Positions 28,190-44,854 of a stretch of DNA of 64,000 bases are shown here, in pieces (position 1 is the stretch's first letter; the number at the start of each line of letters is the position of its first letter). Under the pieces are notes generated by a model. The model saw only the letters and a list, made by a program, of their open reading frames with translations. It was not told the DNA's origin and ran no database searches. Location of the stretch: NCBI RefSeq assembly GCF_009914755.1, contig NC_060932.1. One strand, given 5' to 3'. The translations under genes and the position numbers were made by a program. The DNA comes from the human T2T-CHM13v2.0 reference genome, Homo sapiens.

Positions 28190-30401
28190 GAAAAGTTTAT
28201 ATAATTATTTGCTGCTGCTGTCTTCTGTCAAAGATGCTTGATCAAAAAAATAATATTTGAGCAGTATCTACTTTTATACAAAGTTTATACAGAGTTTATA
28301 CAAAGACTTGTCTCCTTCCTGTGACAGAAACATGCATATTATCTAAAAAAGTCAAGTCATGAATGAGCATTTTCCTCATAAATGTTCTAAGAAAGTAAAT
28401 CTTCTGCCTAAGGTTTAGGTTAATGTTTCAAGATGTATCCCTTGAAAATCCAGGAGACTTTTGAGAAGTAGAGTTAAAGTCATATTCAGCTCCTACTCCT
28501 TGAGAAAACTTCGTGAAATGGCCTCAGCTTTAGTGAGGTGCATACCAGATAGAGAAAACATTGTCCAGTCTGGTCGACTCTGTGTTCTTTAATACCAACC
28601 ATAAATTTTTAGCCAAAAAGTCCAAATTCTGTAATGCTTGACATACTTTAACGAAAGCACTCATTCAATTTTCTGCCGGAGCACCAAGCTCTAAAGTAAC
28701 TTGAACATTTTAAACCACATGGCTCCACTAAATGTGCTTGGATTCTTTTGCTTGGTAACGTAGTAGTAAGAAGTTGATTGTGTTTGAAGATAAGACTTAT
28801 CTTTTGGAGAAAACCTAACTTGGTAAAGTGAAGATTTTCAAATCAATCCTTCTTTTAATAGAAAAGAGGAAGATGCAGGACTTTCTTGATTGTATTGAGA
28901 TCATGACTTCATTGAAAAGAACATTCCTATCCAGGTGTTAGAGGTTAGTACTTATGAATGTAACACAAAGGCGCTTTTGTCAAATCATAACAATAAAGAA
29001 CCATTCTAGGCATTGTGCTGCTCCTGCTGAACGCACATTACTCGACTATGTGCAGTCTGCAGATAAAGTCATGGTAAATTTGCTTGAATTTAGAAATGCC
29101 TTAATAGGATAATTTTAGCACTAAAAAATATTATTTCAGCAAACAAATTTCAAAGTTCCGGGGAAAAGAATTTTAGTCCAAAATAGTGAAGTAGATATGC
29201 AAATCTTCCTCAATCTCTTTTGAATCTCCATGGAAATAATTACCAGGATGCTTAATAAGAAAAAATATATCCATATTCAAGAGGGCAGAATGTGGAAGTT
29301 CACCAACAGATAAGAGTATTCAGCAAATTCTGGAAAAATAAAATACATGAGAAAATGTTGACAGATGAAATAGGAGAGAAAGCTGCAGCCCAGAGAATCC
29401 TATGAGGCAGGAGCAATCTGACTGTGTGTCGCCCAGAGACCCCAAACAGTTACGGCAGGGGCAGAGGAGGGAGAAGTGAGATTGCAAACAAGGGTTCACA
29501 AAGACCTGGATGGAGAAACACAATAATTAGTAGCCACCATCCATACAGAACACCGACAGCTAAGAGGAAAATGTTATTGACATACTGATAGATGAGACAG
29601 ACATAGAAATAGAGATTTTTTCCAAAGAAATTGAACAAATTGAAAGAAGAAAAGTAACGGAATTTTTGTGGAGCTGAAACTCAAGAGAAAAAGCCTTCCT
29701 CATTCTGGAATTTAGGAAGATAAATCTGCATTTTACATCCAATTGTTCAAACTAAAATTTACACCAAAGGGAAAATTTTGTAAGAAAATAAACTTATCTA
29801 AAGGAGAGCAGGTGAAACTCACACTACCAATTGAAATGCTATTAATTTCAAATATCAATAGACAATGAAGAATCACAAGGCATGGGAGGTTAATTAGGAA
29901 CATGAAAAAGAAAGGCCAAGATTTTCAAAAAGGAAAACAATGCCAGAATAAACAGGGAAATTCCAAGAACTAGAGAAAAAGAGTAAGAAAGCATTACAAT
30001 TATTACATGTACTCAGAGACTGCAATATGTATCATACTTGTAAAACAAGGATAAGTTTCTATAGAAGACAAATCGGAAACAAGAAAGATCTCTTAGGAAT
30101 TAAACTCTGATTAAAAAATGTTTTTATGTAGTAAATGTTAAAAAGTAAGTAAAACATACCAGGTTAGGAATCAAAATGACGAAATAACAGATATTATGAA
30201 ACAAAAGATAAAAAATACAGAGATCCAGATGATCTAATATTCAATTAAGGTATCTCTAGAAGAGAAGACAGAAAGAATAAAGGGAAACATAGTCAAATAA
30301 ATAATTAAAGAGAATCTTTCAAAATTGTGGATGGATTTGTCTTTACATTGAAAACTCCAATAATTGAAAAGTCTCATTCCTTGATGTAAATTTATAAGAT
30401 C

Positions 30402-30699
30402 TTATTTTTATTTTAACTATATGTTTATTTAGAGACAGGTTCTCACCCTTCACTCAGGATGGAGTACAGTGGCCCAATCATGGTTCATTGCAGCCTCAAC
30501 CTCCTAGGCTCAAGCAGTCCTCCTGCCTCACCCTCCCAAGTAGCTGAGACTACAGGTGCCTGCCATCATGCTCAGCTAATTTATTTTTATTTTTTGTAGA
30601 GATTGGGTTTTGCTATGTTGCCCAGGCTAGTCTGGAACTCCTGGGCTCAAGCAATCCTCCCACTTCAGCCTCTCAAAGTGCAGGCCATTACATTTGACC
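30402..30699 (-). mobile_element. AluJ-type SINE
   Basis: Reverse Alu with ctcaagcaatcctcc (J diagnostic). Confidence 0.88.
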
Positions 30700-31675
30700 T
30701 GTAAGATTTTTAAAAATAAAGAATAATCATAAAATTTTAAACCTCTCTGTGAAAATAAAATTGATTTCCTATAAAATAGAATCATAATAGGCTAGAAGAA
30801 ATAGAATGGATTCTTCAAAGATCAAGGGAAACTTCTTGAACTTATAATTTTATAACAGACAACCTATCAACTAATTATGAGGAAATAATACATACAATTT
30901 CAGGCATTCAAGGATTATCAAAACTATCTCCCTTAAGCCTTTTCATAGTAAGTTCTTCAACATGTATTCCAGCAGAACAAAGAAGTAACACAAGAAAAAG
31001 GAAGAATGGAGACCAGAAACCATGGACTTCACTCAAGCAATTAGTGAAGGGAAATCCCAGGTTTATGGCAGGTGACACTAATCCTAATGAAAAGCCAGTT
31101 CAAATTAGAAGACAGGGGTCTCTGGTGTAAAAGAGAAATGACATGGTTTATATAATTTGATTGTATAAAAAATGTGAAGATATTGCAAAGACACATAATG
31201 CATTTAGAATGTCCAGGAAAAGCAAAAATTATATAAGAAAATAACAGTTCAAATATGAACCAAAGACATGACATTATTTTAAATAATTTAAATCACACAA
31301 GAAAATAGCCCTTTTATTAAGACAATTATTTTTGAAGTGGCCAGATTTATAATATTTACACATAGAGAAAGAAATAAAATCTGAGCATGTTTCCTGATCC
31401 TACAATAATTTAGTTAAAATGATATATACTTCTAATTGTTCAAGGTAATTTATGGTCAACAGCAAGAAATTTCATTGTAGTTGCAGGAAAAACGTTGAAT
31501 ATCTGAGTAATATAAAGATAATAACATAGCTAACAGAGTGAAGATGTAAAAGGTGAAGAAAATGCAAGTATGGGATTGGGTAGTAGTTTCAAAACTTTAA
31601 ATAAAGAAGACAGGCTATCAAAATTAATGCCACAAGAATTAGAAGGTCAATTACATACCAATGAATGGACGAAAT

Positions 31676-31790
31676 ATGTATATGTATATATATATATTTA
31701 GTGGACTTTATTTATGAGTCACATATATATATATACATATATATACATATATATACACATATATACATATATATACATATATACACATAC
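31676..31790. repeat. (TA)n/(TATACA)n-type simple repeat
   Basis: Repeated catatatata units. Confidence 0.9.
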
Positions 31791-31823
31791 AAATAGTTCA
31801 CTCATCAGTATGTAATTGACTTT

Positions 31824-31826
<3 letters not shown>

Positions 31827-31862
<36 letters not shown>
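31827..31862. repeat. (GT)18 microsatellite
   Basis: Perfect run. Confidence 0.97.
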
Positions 31863-31864
<2 letters not shown>

Positions 31865-31964
31865 CACACAGGGGTAGCATAAGCAAGATAAATCCTCATC
31901 TTCAGAGTGAAAATTGATATCTCCTACAGTTGAAAATGAATGAAATAAAAATCTATTACCTAGC

Positions 31965-32410
31965 TGTGATGGTTAATACTGAGTGTTAATTTGATTGGAT
32001 TGAAGGCTGCAAAATATTGATCCTTGGTGTGCTTGTGAGGGTGTTGCCAAAGGATATTAACATTTGAGTCAGTGAACTGGGAAAGGCAGACCCACCCTTA
32101 ATCTGAGTAGGCACCATCTAATCAGCTGCCGGCGTGGCCAGAATAAAAAGCAGGCAGAAGAACGTAAAAAGACTAGACTGGCTTAGCCTCCCAGACTACA
32201 TTTTTCTACTGAGCTGCATTCTTCTTGCCCTCAAACATCAGACTCCAAATTCTTCAAGTCTGGGACTTAGACTGGCTTCCTTGCTCCTCAGCTTGCAAAT
32301 GGTCTATTGTGGGACCCTGTGATAATGTAAGTTAATATCCCTTAATAAACTCCCTTTTTTATACATCTATCTATCCTATTAATTCTGTCCCTCTAGAGAA
32401 CCCTAATACA
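31965..32410 (+). mobile_element. MLT2A (A2-like) HERV-L solo LTR
   Basis: tgtgatggttaatactgagtg...gtccctctagagaaccctaataca with AATAAA near 32345. TSD ctagc/ctaga. Confidence 0.9.
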
Positions 32411-34423
32411 CTAGACAATTATGATGGCAACAACCAAAGAATATAAAAGAGAAATACCTAAAAGAAGCTGCCTCTGGAGAGAGGGTCCAGGCTCGAGTTT
32501 TCTTTCAGGAGCTCTATTTTATGATATGATTTGATATCACATGTCTGTACTACAAGGTTAAAATAGATGCAAATATATTTAGACAATAGGAAAGAAACCA
32601 GAAGCTAAAACTTTTTTAGTTAGTCCATTCCCTGCCTTCCAAGCCCGCTGATGGATCCCAAGCTAAGAAGTCCCTTCTATAAAGGCAAACCCCACCACCA
32701 CTGCCATGGGCCTGCCTGCCAGGGCTTCCACACCTCCCCAGGCAGCAGGACTCTCCCCTTCCCATCTTCACAGTTTTCAGGGCTGCTGTTGGTGAGGACT
32801 TTGAGTCTTGGTGGTTTATTGGCTACACGACAAAAATACAAGGCTTGGTGGTTTATTGCTACACCACAAGAACACAAGGTTAACAATGTGACAAAGAAAT
32901 TTCCCCCAAATTAAAGTTGGAGTCCCATGTCTTTTGAAGTTATTAACCATTGTGATGCTAAATCTTGAACAATCCATCTGTCTTGCACCAGGGCTGTCCT
33001 GCACAGGGCTGGCTCCCTGCTCACACAGGTTAGAGCAGAAAAGGAGTAGTATAACACACTTTCCTACCTCATTTCGTATTCATGATCACATGTCTCCAGC
33101 ACAAAGCAAACAAAAGCAAACCATGTGATTTTATGCCTTGCAACTGCTATACTTCTATAGGCAAATGAGGTTGCAGTAACTGCATAAGAAAGTGGTTGAC
33201 TGGCTCTTCTTAGCCTTTAATTTTACTAATTTATTTTGTATATTAATTAAGGGCATCCTTTTTTAAACATAAATTTTTAATTCAAATTTTCTTTAAGGGA
33301 AAACATTTTTCTGCTTAAGGTTAGCTATGTAATTCTGCATTTTCTTTCTTTTCAGAGAGAAATAGCATATCATCAGCTAGATACAATAAATTTATTGGGG
33401 TGGAGCCAAGATGGCCGAATAGGAACAGCTCCAGTCTACAGTTCCCAGCATGAGCGACACAGAAGACAGGTGATTTCTGCATTTCCAACTGAGGTACCGG
33501 GTTCATCTCACTGGGGAGTGTCAGAAAGTGGGTGCAGGACAGTGGGTGCAGCACACTGAGCATGAGCCAAAGCTGGGCAAGGCATCGCCTCACCCAGGAA
33601 CCTCAAGGGGTCAGGGAATTCCCTTTCCTAGTCAAAGAAAGGGGTGACAGATGGCACCTGGAAAATCAGGCCACTCCCACCCTAATACTATGCTTTTCCA
33701 ATGGTCTTAGCAAATGGCACACCAGGAGATTGTATCCCGCACCTGGCTCGGAGGGTCCTACGCCCACGGAGCCTCTCTCATTGCTAGCACAGCAGTCTCA
33801 GATCAAACTGCAAGGAGGTAGTGAGGCTGGGGGAGGGGCGCCTGCGATTGCCCAGGCTTGACTACGTAAACAAAGCAGCCCGGAAGCTCGAACTGGGTGG
33901 AGCCCACCGCAGCGTAAGGAGGCCTGCCTGCCTCTGTAGACTCCACCTCTGGGGGCAGGGCATAGCCAAACAAAAGGCAGCAGAATCCTCTGCAGACTTA
34001 AATGTCCCTGTCTGACAGCTTTGAAGAGAGTAGTGGTTCTCCCAGCACCCAGCTGGAGACCTGAGAACGGACAAACTGCCTCCTCAAGTGGGTCTCTGAA
34101 CCCTGAGTAGCCTAACTGGGAGGCACCCCCCAGTAGGGGCAGACTGACAACTCACACGGCCAGGTACTCCTCTGAGACAAAACTTCCAGAGGAACGATCA
34201 GGCAGCAACATTTGCTGCTCACCAATATCCACTGTTCTGCAGACTGCGCTGCTGATACCCAGGCAAACAGGATCTGGAGTGGACCTCCAGCAAACTCCAA
34301 CAGACCTGCAGCTGAGGGTCCTGACTGTTAGAAGGAAAACTAACAAACAGAAAGGACATCTACACCAAAACCCCATCTGTACGTCACCATCATCAAAGAC
34401 CAAAAGTAGATAAAACCACAAAG

Positions 34424-35437
34424 ATGGGGAAAAAACAGAGCACAAAAACTGGAAACTCTAAAAATCAGAGCGCCTCTCCTCCTCCAAAGGAAGGCAGCTC
34501 CTCACCAGCAACGGAACAAAGCTGGAAGGAGAATGACTTTTGACGAATTGAGAGAAGGTGTCAGATGATCAAACTACTCCGAGCTAAAGGAGGAAGTTCG
34601 AACCCATGGCAAAGAAGTTAAAAACCTTGAAAAAAAATTAGACGAATGGCTAACTAGAATAACCAATGCAGAGAAGTCCTTAAAGGACCTGATGGAGCTG
34701 AAAACCAAGGCACAAGAACTACATGACGAATGCACAAGCCTCAGTAGCCGATTTGATCATGTGGAAGAAACTGTATCAGTGATGGAAGATCAAATGAATG
34801 AAATGAAGCAAGAAGAGAAGTTTAGAGAAAAAAGAATAAAAAGAAATGAACAAAGCCTCCAAGAAATATGGGACTGTGTGAAAAGACCAAATCTACATCT
34901 GACTGGTGTACCTGAAAGTGACAGGGAGAATGGAACCAAGTTGGAAAACAGTCTGCAGGATATTATCCAGGAGAACTTCCCAATCTAGCAAGGCAGGCCA
35001 ACATTCAAATTCAGGAAATACAGAGAACGCCACAAAGATACTCCTCGAGAAGAGTAACTCCAAGACACATAATTGTCAGATTCACCAAAGTTGAAATGAA
35101 GGAAAAAATGTTAAGGGCAGCCAGAGAGAAAGGTCGGGTTACCCACAAAGGGAAGCCCATCAGACTAACAGCGGATCTCTCAGCAGAAACTCTACAAGCC
35201 AGAAGAGAGTGGGGGCCAATATTCAACATTCTTAAAGAAAAGAATTTTCAACCCAGAATTTCATATCCAGCCAAACTAAGCTTCATAACTGAAGGATAAA
35301 TAAAATACTTTACAGACAAACAAATGCTGAGAGACTTTGTCACCACCAGGCCTGCCCTAAAAGAGCTCCTGAAGGAAGCACTAAACATGGAAAGGAACAA
35401 CCGGCACCAGCCACTGCAAAAACATGCCAAATTGTAA
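34424..35437 (+). pseudogene. L1 ORF1 (disrupted)
   Basis: ATG GGG AAA AAA CAG start. Fragments in different frames (34692: MELKTKAQEL; 35096: MKEKMLRAAREKGRVT) indicate frameshifts and a stop. Confidence 0.92.
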
Positions 35438-35499
35438 AGACCATCGAGACTAGGAAGAAACTGCACCAACTAATGAGAAAATAACCAGCTAACATCATA

Positions 35500-39324
<3,825 letters not shown>

Positions 39325-39664
39325 ACAATGAGAACACATGGACACAGGAAGGGAAACATCACACACCGGGGCCTGTTGTGGGGTCGGGGGAGGGGGGAGG
39401 GATAGCATTAGGAGATATACCTAATGTTAAATAACGACTTAATGGGTGCAGCACACCAACATGGCACATGTATACATATGTAACTAACCTGCATGTTGTA
39501 CACATGTACCCTAAAACTTAAAGTATAATAAAAAAATTAAATAAATAAATTTATTAATATAAGGTATTAGAAAAACTGAAGTAGCAGAGTAACTTCATTT
39601 GATAAAAGACAAAACAGAAGAAGGATATCCAAGTGCCCTTGTTGTTTGTCATTGTTTATTTAAT

Positions 39665-40640
<976 letters not shown>

Positions 40641-40792
40641 GCTTTATATTAACTCTGTTTTGTAGTGCCAAGGTACAGGCTCTGCCTCTAAAGCTTACAG
40701 CAAAGTGGCCTGATCTCCACGGCAGTCAGATGGGTTGTATAAATGGAAAATGTAAAGCAGAAGCAAAGGACATCTAAAGGGTCAACACTTAC

Positions 40793-40864
40793 AGTCGCTC
40801 TAATCTCAGAAGGTCTCCAAAGGTCTCTGGCTGTAGCATTTCTAGTTGGTTGAAATGAATATAC
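40793..40864 (-). CDS. PXDNL: PXDNL LRR coding exon (likely exon 5), 72 nt
   Basis: Minus strand reads ccag|G TAT ATT CAT TTC AAC...GAG CGA CT|gtaagt = (L)YIHFNQLEMLQPETFGDLLRLER(L), a 24-aa LRR with phase 2-2 GT-AG boundaries. Matches the PXDNL sequence as I recall it. Confidence 0.95.
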
Positions 40865-42361
40865 CTGGAAGGCAAAAAATCAAGTTGGTTACTCCTTGTG
40901 CTGGTGAGTAAAATAAAATGTTTGAAGAATTAGCAATTGCTTCAGCTGAAATTATGAATTTCACTGGCCCCAACCACTATATATCACATACAAAAATCAG
41001 AAACTCTGAGATATTTTGTCTCTTCTGTTCGTCACAGTCCCGGGTCTAAAAACCTGATGTTCCAAAGGGGAATCCAAAGCCCACCCAGAAAGGAGCATGA
41101 TGCTGCCCCCTTTTCCCAGGGAGCCTCTTGAGTCAATGCTAACTGGTTGTTGAAATTACTCTTTTATTCATTAAAATGTTTAAAGTAAGCAAAGTTACGG
41201 TAATAATTAAGATTACAAACATAATAAGATACATTACAAGTGACCACATGCTTATTTACATTTCAGAACAGGGAGAAGTGTCCTGTCTGACGGAGTCAAA
41301 GTATGGCATATTTGATGTCATATGATCATCATACTTGAAATGAATTAATCTTAACCCTGGGGGATGGATGAGAAGTAATGTGTCTTGTTTTAATCCTTTT
41401 GGAATTAGGAATTAGACTTTTTCAGACCTTGGTATCCCCTCTGTGCAACTGATCCAGGAGTTATTTCCTAAGCTTCCATTTCAGAAAGGCTTCTCTTAAA
41501 GCAGGGCAACTGAAGACAGAAAGGCTTGCATTTCCTTCAGAAATCCTGTGATGAAATGGAGAAGCATGTTTCCAAAGCAGACAGTTGAGCAGACCTTTGT
41601 GAAGCAAATCTTCCCAACAGACAGAAAGATCCATGGGGAAGGCTGCACACTCCTCTTAGAAAATTTAAGTGTATTCCCTGCACCTGACTTCTGAACACAG
41701 CTTTTTCAAACAATCTCAGTGAAACCAACAGTGATATATAGCAGTCTATAGTGAACTGCTGAAGAAAGCACTGCAGATACAAAGTTTCCATGAAAAGTAA
41801 CAAACTTTCACACCAAATTGGAAAAGAGGATATTGTACATTTATGTGGGAAGACACAGTGAATAGTACTTGATTTTGTCAATGGGAAGCTCTCTGACTTG
41901 AAGTAATGGCAGGCAAGTAAAAAGAAAGCTTTACAACCCACGTTTCCATAAAATGTATTTATTTCATCACAGTTAGAAATATTTTTGAAAGGAGAAAAGA
42001 AAAATGTTTAAGAAAAAGAAATACTTTTACTTCATTCCTAGGCTTCCTTCTTATAAATCATTATTATAGTAAGAGTACTTCAGACACCTAATGAAAAAGT
42101 ATAATAATCACAAGAGAATGAAAACCATGTCACTGGAAAGGTATGATTGTTTCAGACTGCCTTAGGTTGGATCCAGAAGCAGTGCCACACTGTACTACTC
42201 TCTGAAATTCAGCATCCTGGCCCGTATCCCATGCATTCCTCCCAGGAGTTCTGTTCATTTTAAAAGTGGTGACATTTTACCGTGGTGACATTGTATAAGA
42301 CCTGGCAATAATTGCCTTTGGGTTAGCATGAAACAACTTTACCTTGGTTGCCTTGAATTAT

Positions 42362-42840
42362 ACACACACTCACACTCACTAACAGACTCTCACACACACA
42401 GACACTCTCAGCTTCACACATACTTTCATACTGACACACACTCACATTGTCTCACACTGACACACTCTGACACACCTACATGAACACACTCTCACATGCT
42501 CAGACTCCCTCATACCCACACATGCTCACACTCACACACTTACATATACTCATATGCACTACCACACTTACACTAACACACACGGACACTCGTGCACACT
42601 CACACTTGTTCACATACACTCTCACATACACTAACACACAGCATCACACTCAGATACACATCTACACACTCACACACACTCACCTAATCTCACACACTCA
42701 CACTGTCATGCTCACACTCACACTGTCTCATGTACACTAACACACTTTCACGCACTGACACATGTATTCACATATATGCTCACATACACTAACACAGTCA
42801 CACACACATACTCCCACACACTCACACACTGTCCCCCACA
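42362..42840. repeat. Degenerate CA-rich tract (~480 bp; UG-rich in PXDNL pre-mRNA)
   Basis: Repeated cacactcaca/cacatacact units. Confidence 0.93.
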
Positions 42841-43179
42841 AAATCATTACCTGTGTCATTGGTCTAGCACATTAAAAAGGAGGTAGGGGCTGGGAGAGTG
42901 AAAGAGGATGTGGGGGAGGAGTGTTAGGCAGAGACTGGCTGCTGAAAGCAGGGAAGAGAGAGAAGTCTCTGTGACTGCAGTGAAGAAAGAGTTAGAAGGA
43001 GGGTCCATTACAAGGTTTCTCTTCCCAAGTGAAATGTATCGCATGGTTGGATTCCAATCTCTGTGTATACTGGACAGGCCCAGGCCTGTAGAGTACAAAT
43101 AGACATTTTATGAAGACTAGGAATAAGTGCTGATGAGGGCATCAAACTTAGCATAAAGTAAATAAGAGCAACAGCAAAA

Positions 43180-43375
43180 AAAAATTTATTGTCCTAAGTG
43201 CTTTACATGTATTTAGTCATTTTTAATTTTTGCAACTACACTGTGTGGTAGGTTCTATAAATACACCATTATTTACTTAGGAAAAATGTGGTACAGAGAT
43301 AAAGTAATTTGTTCAATTTCACACAGCCAGCCTCTCTAGCAGCAAGTGGGGGGCGGCCGTGCACAGGCTCAGCTG
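43180..43375 (-). mobile_element. MIR
   Basis: ctaagtgctttacatg...gtggtagg...ggtacagagataaagtaatttgttcaatttcacacagc. Confidence 0.7.
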
Positions 43376-44854
43376 ACACAGATCACCCAGAGATGAGCTA
43401 TGGAAACCTGATCCAAGAATCCCGGAGCAGAGCCTTTCTTGGGTATGGAAACAGATACTCCACAGGGAGAAGGAAAGTGCCCAAGGCCACAAAGCCAATC
43501 AATGGTAAATCCAAGCCACAAACCCAGCAAAACCCATGCTCTCTACACTCCTGTTCTCAGTTTGCCTACATTAGTGGCTTTTTAAATGTGAAGCTGTGGG
43601 GTTCTTAACTGGAGGCAAGCATCACATTCCAGTCATAAAACAACCTAACAGGTCACAGGAAAGGAGTCACGAGCCGGGTCTGTGGTTTAGCCAACCTAAC
43701 AACTCCCAGATTTTCAAAGGGAGTATTCTAGCTTATGTATAAGCCCAGTAGAAGTGTTTTTTTTTTCCTTTCAACTTTTTAATGCTTTGAAACAATTTAT
43801 TATAAAGAAAACTTGAGTTTAGCATAAGAATTTTTAAGTAGCACTAGTATTCCTGCCATCATTGATCAAATGTGCATCCTCCATAGTTTGCACAGGTGTC
43901 TGCATTGCTAGAAGTAGAAAGACAGCTTTCGCTTGGGAGGGCATCTTACATACTGAGCCACCTAAAATTAGAGCAAAGAGACAATCTAAGGGGTAGAATA
44001 ACATACAACAGTTTATCCAATATCACATAGCTACTATGTGTTTTATTATCCACAGTAATTAATAATTATCGATTTAATATTTAAATATTTCACAGGTAGC
44101 AATTCATATTTACTATGAATTGCTCATAATTCATGAGAAATGCATAATCTCCTTTTCCACAATGCACCCACTGAGAGCCCACTAATCACAGAGCCCTGTC
44201 TATTCCCCATTCCAGCCATGCTTCCCTAGAATAAATCACTGCAATCTTAGACTCACCCAGAGATGCCCTGAAGGACAAATGTTTTCTGCTGGACTTCAAT
44301 CTAATACACAGTAGGGTAAGCAACTGGTATTGGAATTCACTACTAATGAATGAGAAAAATGCATGTAAGTAGACTTTGTTCCTTGCAGGAAAGTAAGACA
44401 ACCCAGAGAGTTCTGTTGATTATAGTGCAAGCATATTTAAGTTTTGTGTCCATATGATTTGACAAATTTTCTAACAAAATCTTTTTCAAAATTTTTTTAA
44501 AACTTTAAGCCAATTTAAAGCAGTAGGATGTTTTAGGTTATATGTGTTTGATTTATGTGATGGCTTTAGCAGATTCAAATAAGGAGGGAGTCAGCTTTGA
44601 TCTCCACTCCCTTCTGTGCCTTGATAAGAGAGCAAGACTATCCTCTCCTACATCTTATTTTTCTAGGCTGTGGATAACCCTGCCATTTTTGGATATCTAT
44701 TGCAGGTAGATAAATATGAATGATTACTCGAGAGGATTTTAAATCTGTTTAAGTCACTTCATAAAGTTTATATGTAAATGAATTACTAGTTATCCCTTTA
44801 TTTAAAGCAGGCAGGAAATTATTGCCATTGTCATGTCATGTTGATTCATACTTA

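Larger units (their letters stand above)
29160..32565 (+). mobile_element. HAL1 (half-L1)-like ancient element, near full length, interrupted
   Basis: L1-like 5' end and ORF1 remnants (gatccagatgatctaatattcaa...) followed by HAL1-type sequence (ccagcagaacaaagaagtaacacaagaaaaaggaag...gaagggaaatcccagg) rather than ORF2. 3' end gctgcctctggaga... Confidence 0.6.

Noticed and set aside
33321-33593. 90-aa minus-strand ORF exiting the L1 5'UTR
   Set aside because: Generic antisense L1 5'UTR reading frame, not ORF0, with no coding support.
42480-42740. His/Thr-rich ORF (and similar ORFs at 50597-51039)
   Set aside because: Artefact of translating CA/TA repeats.
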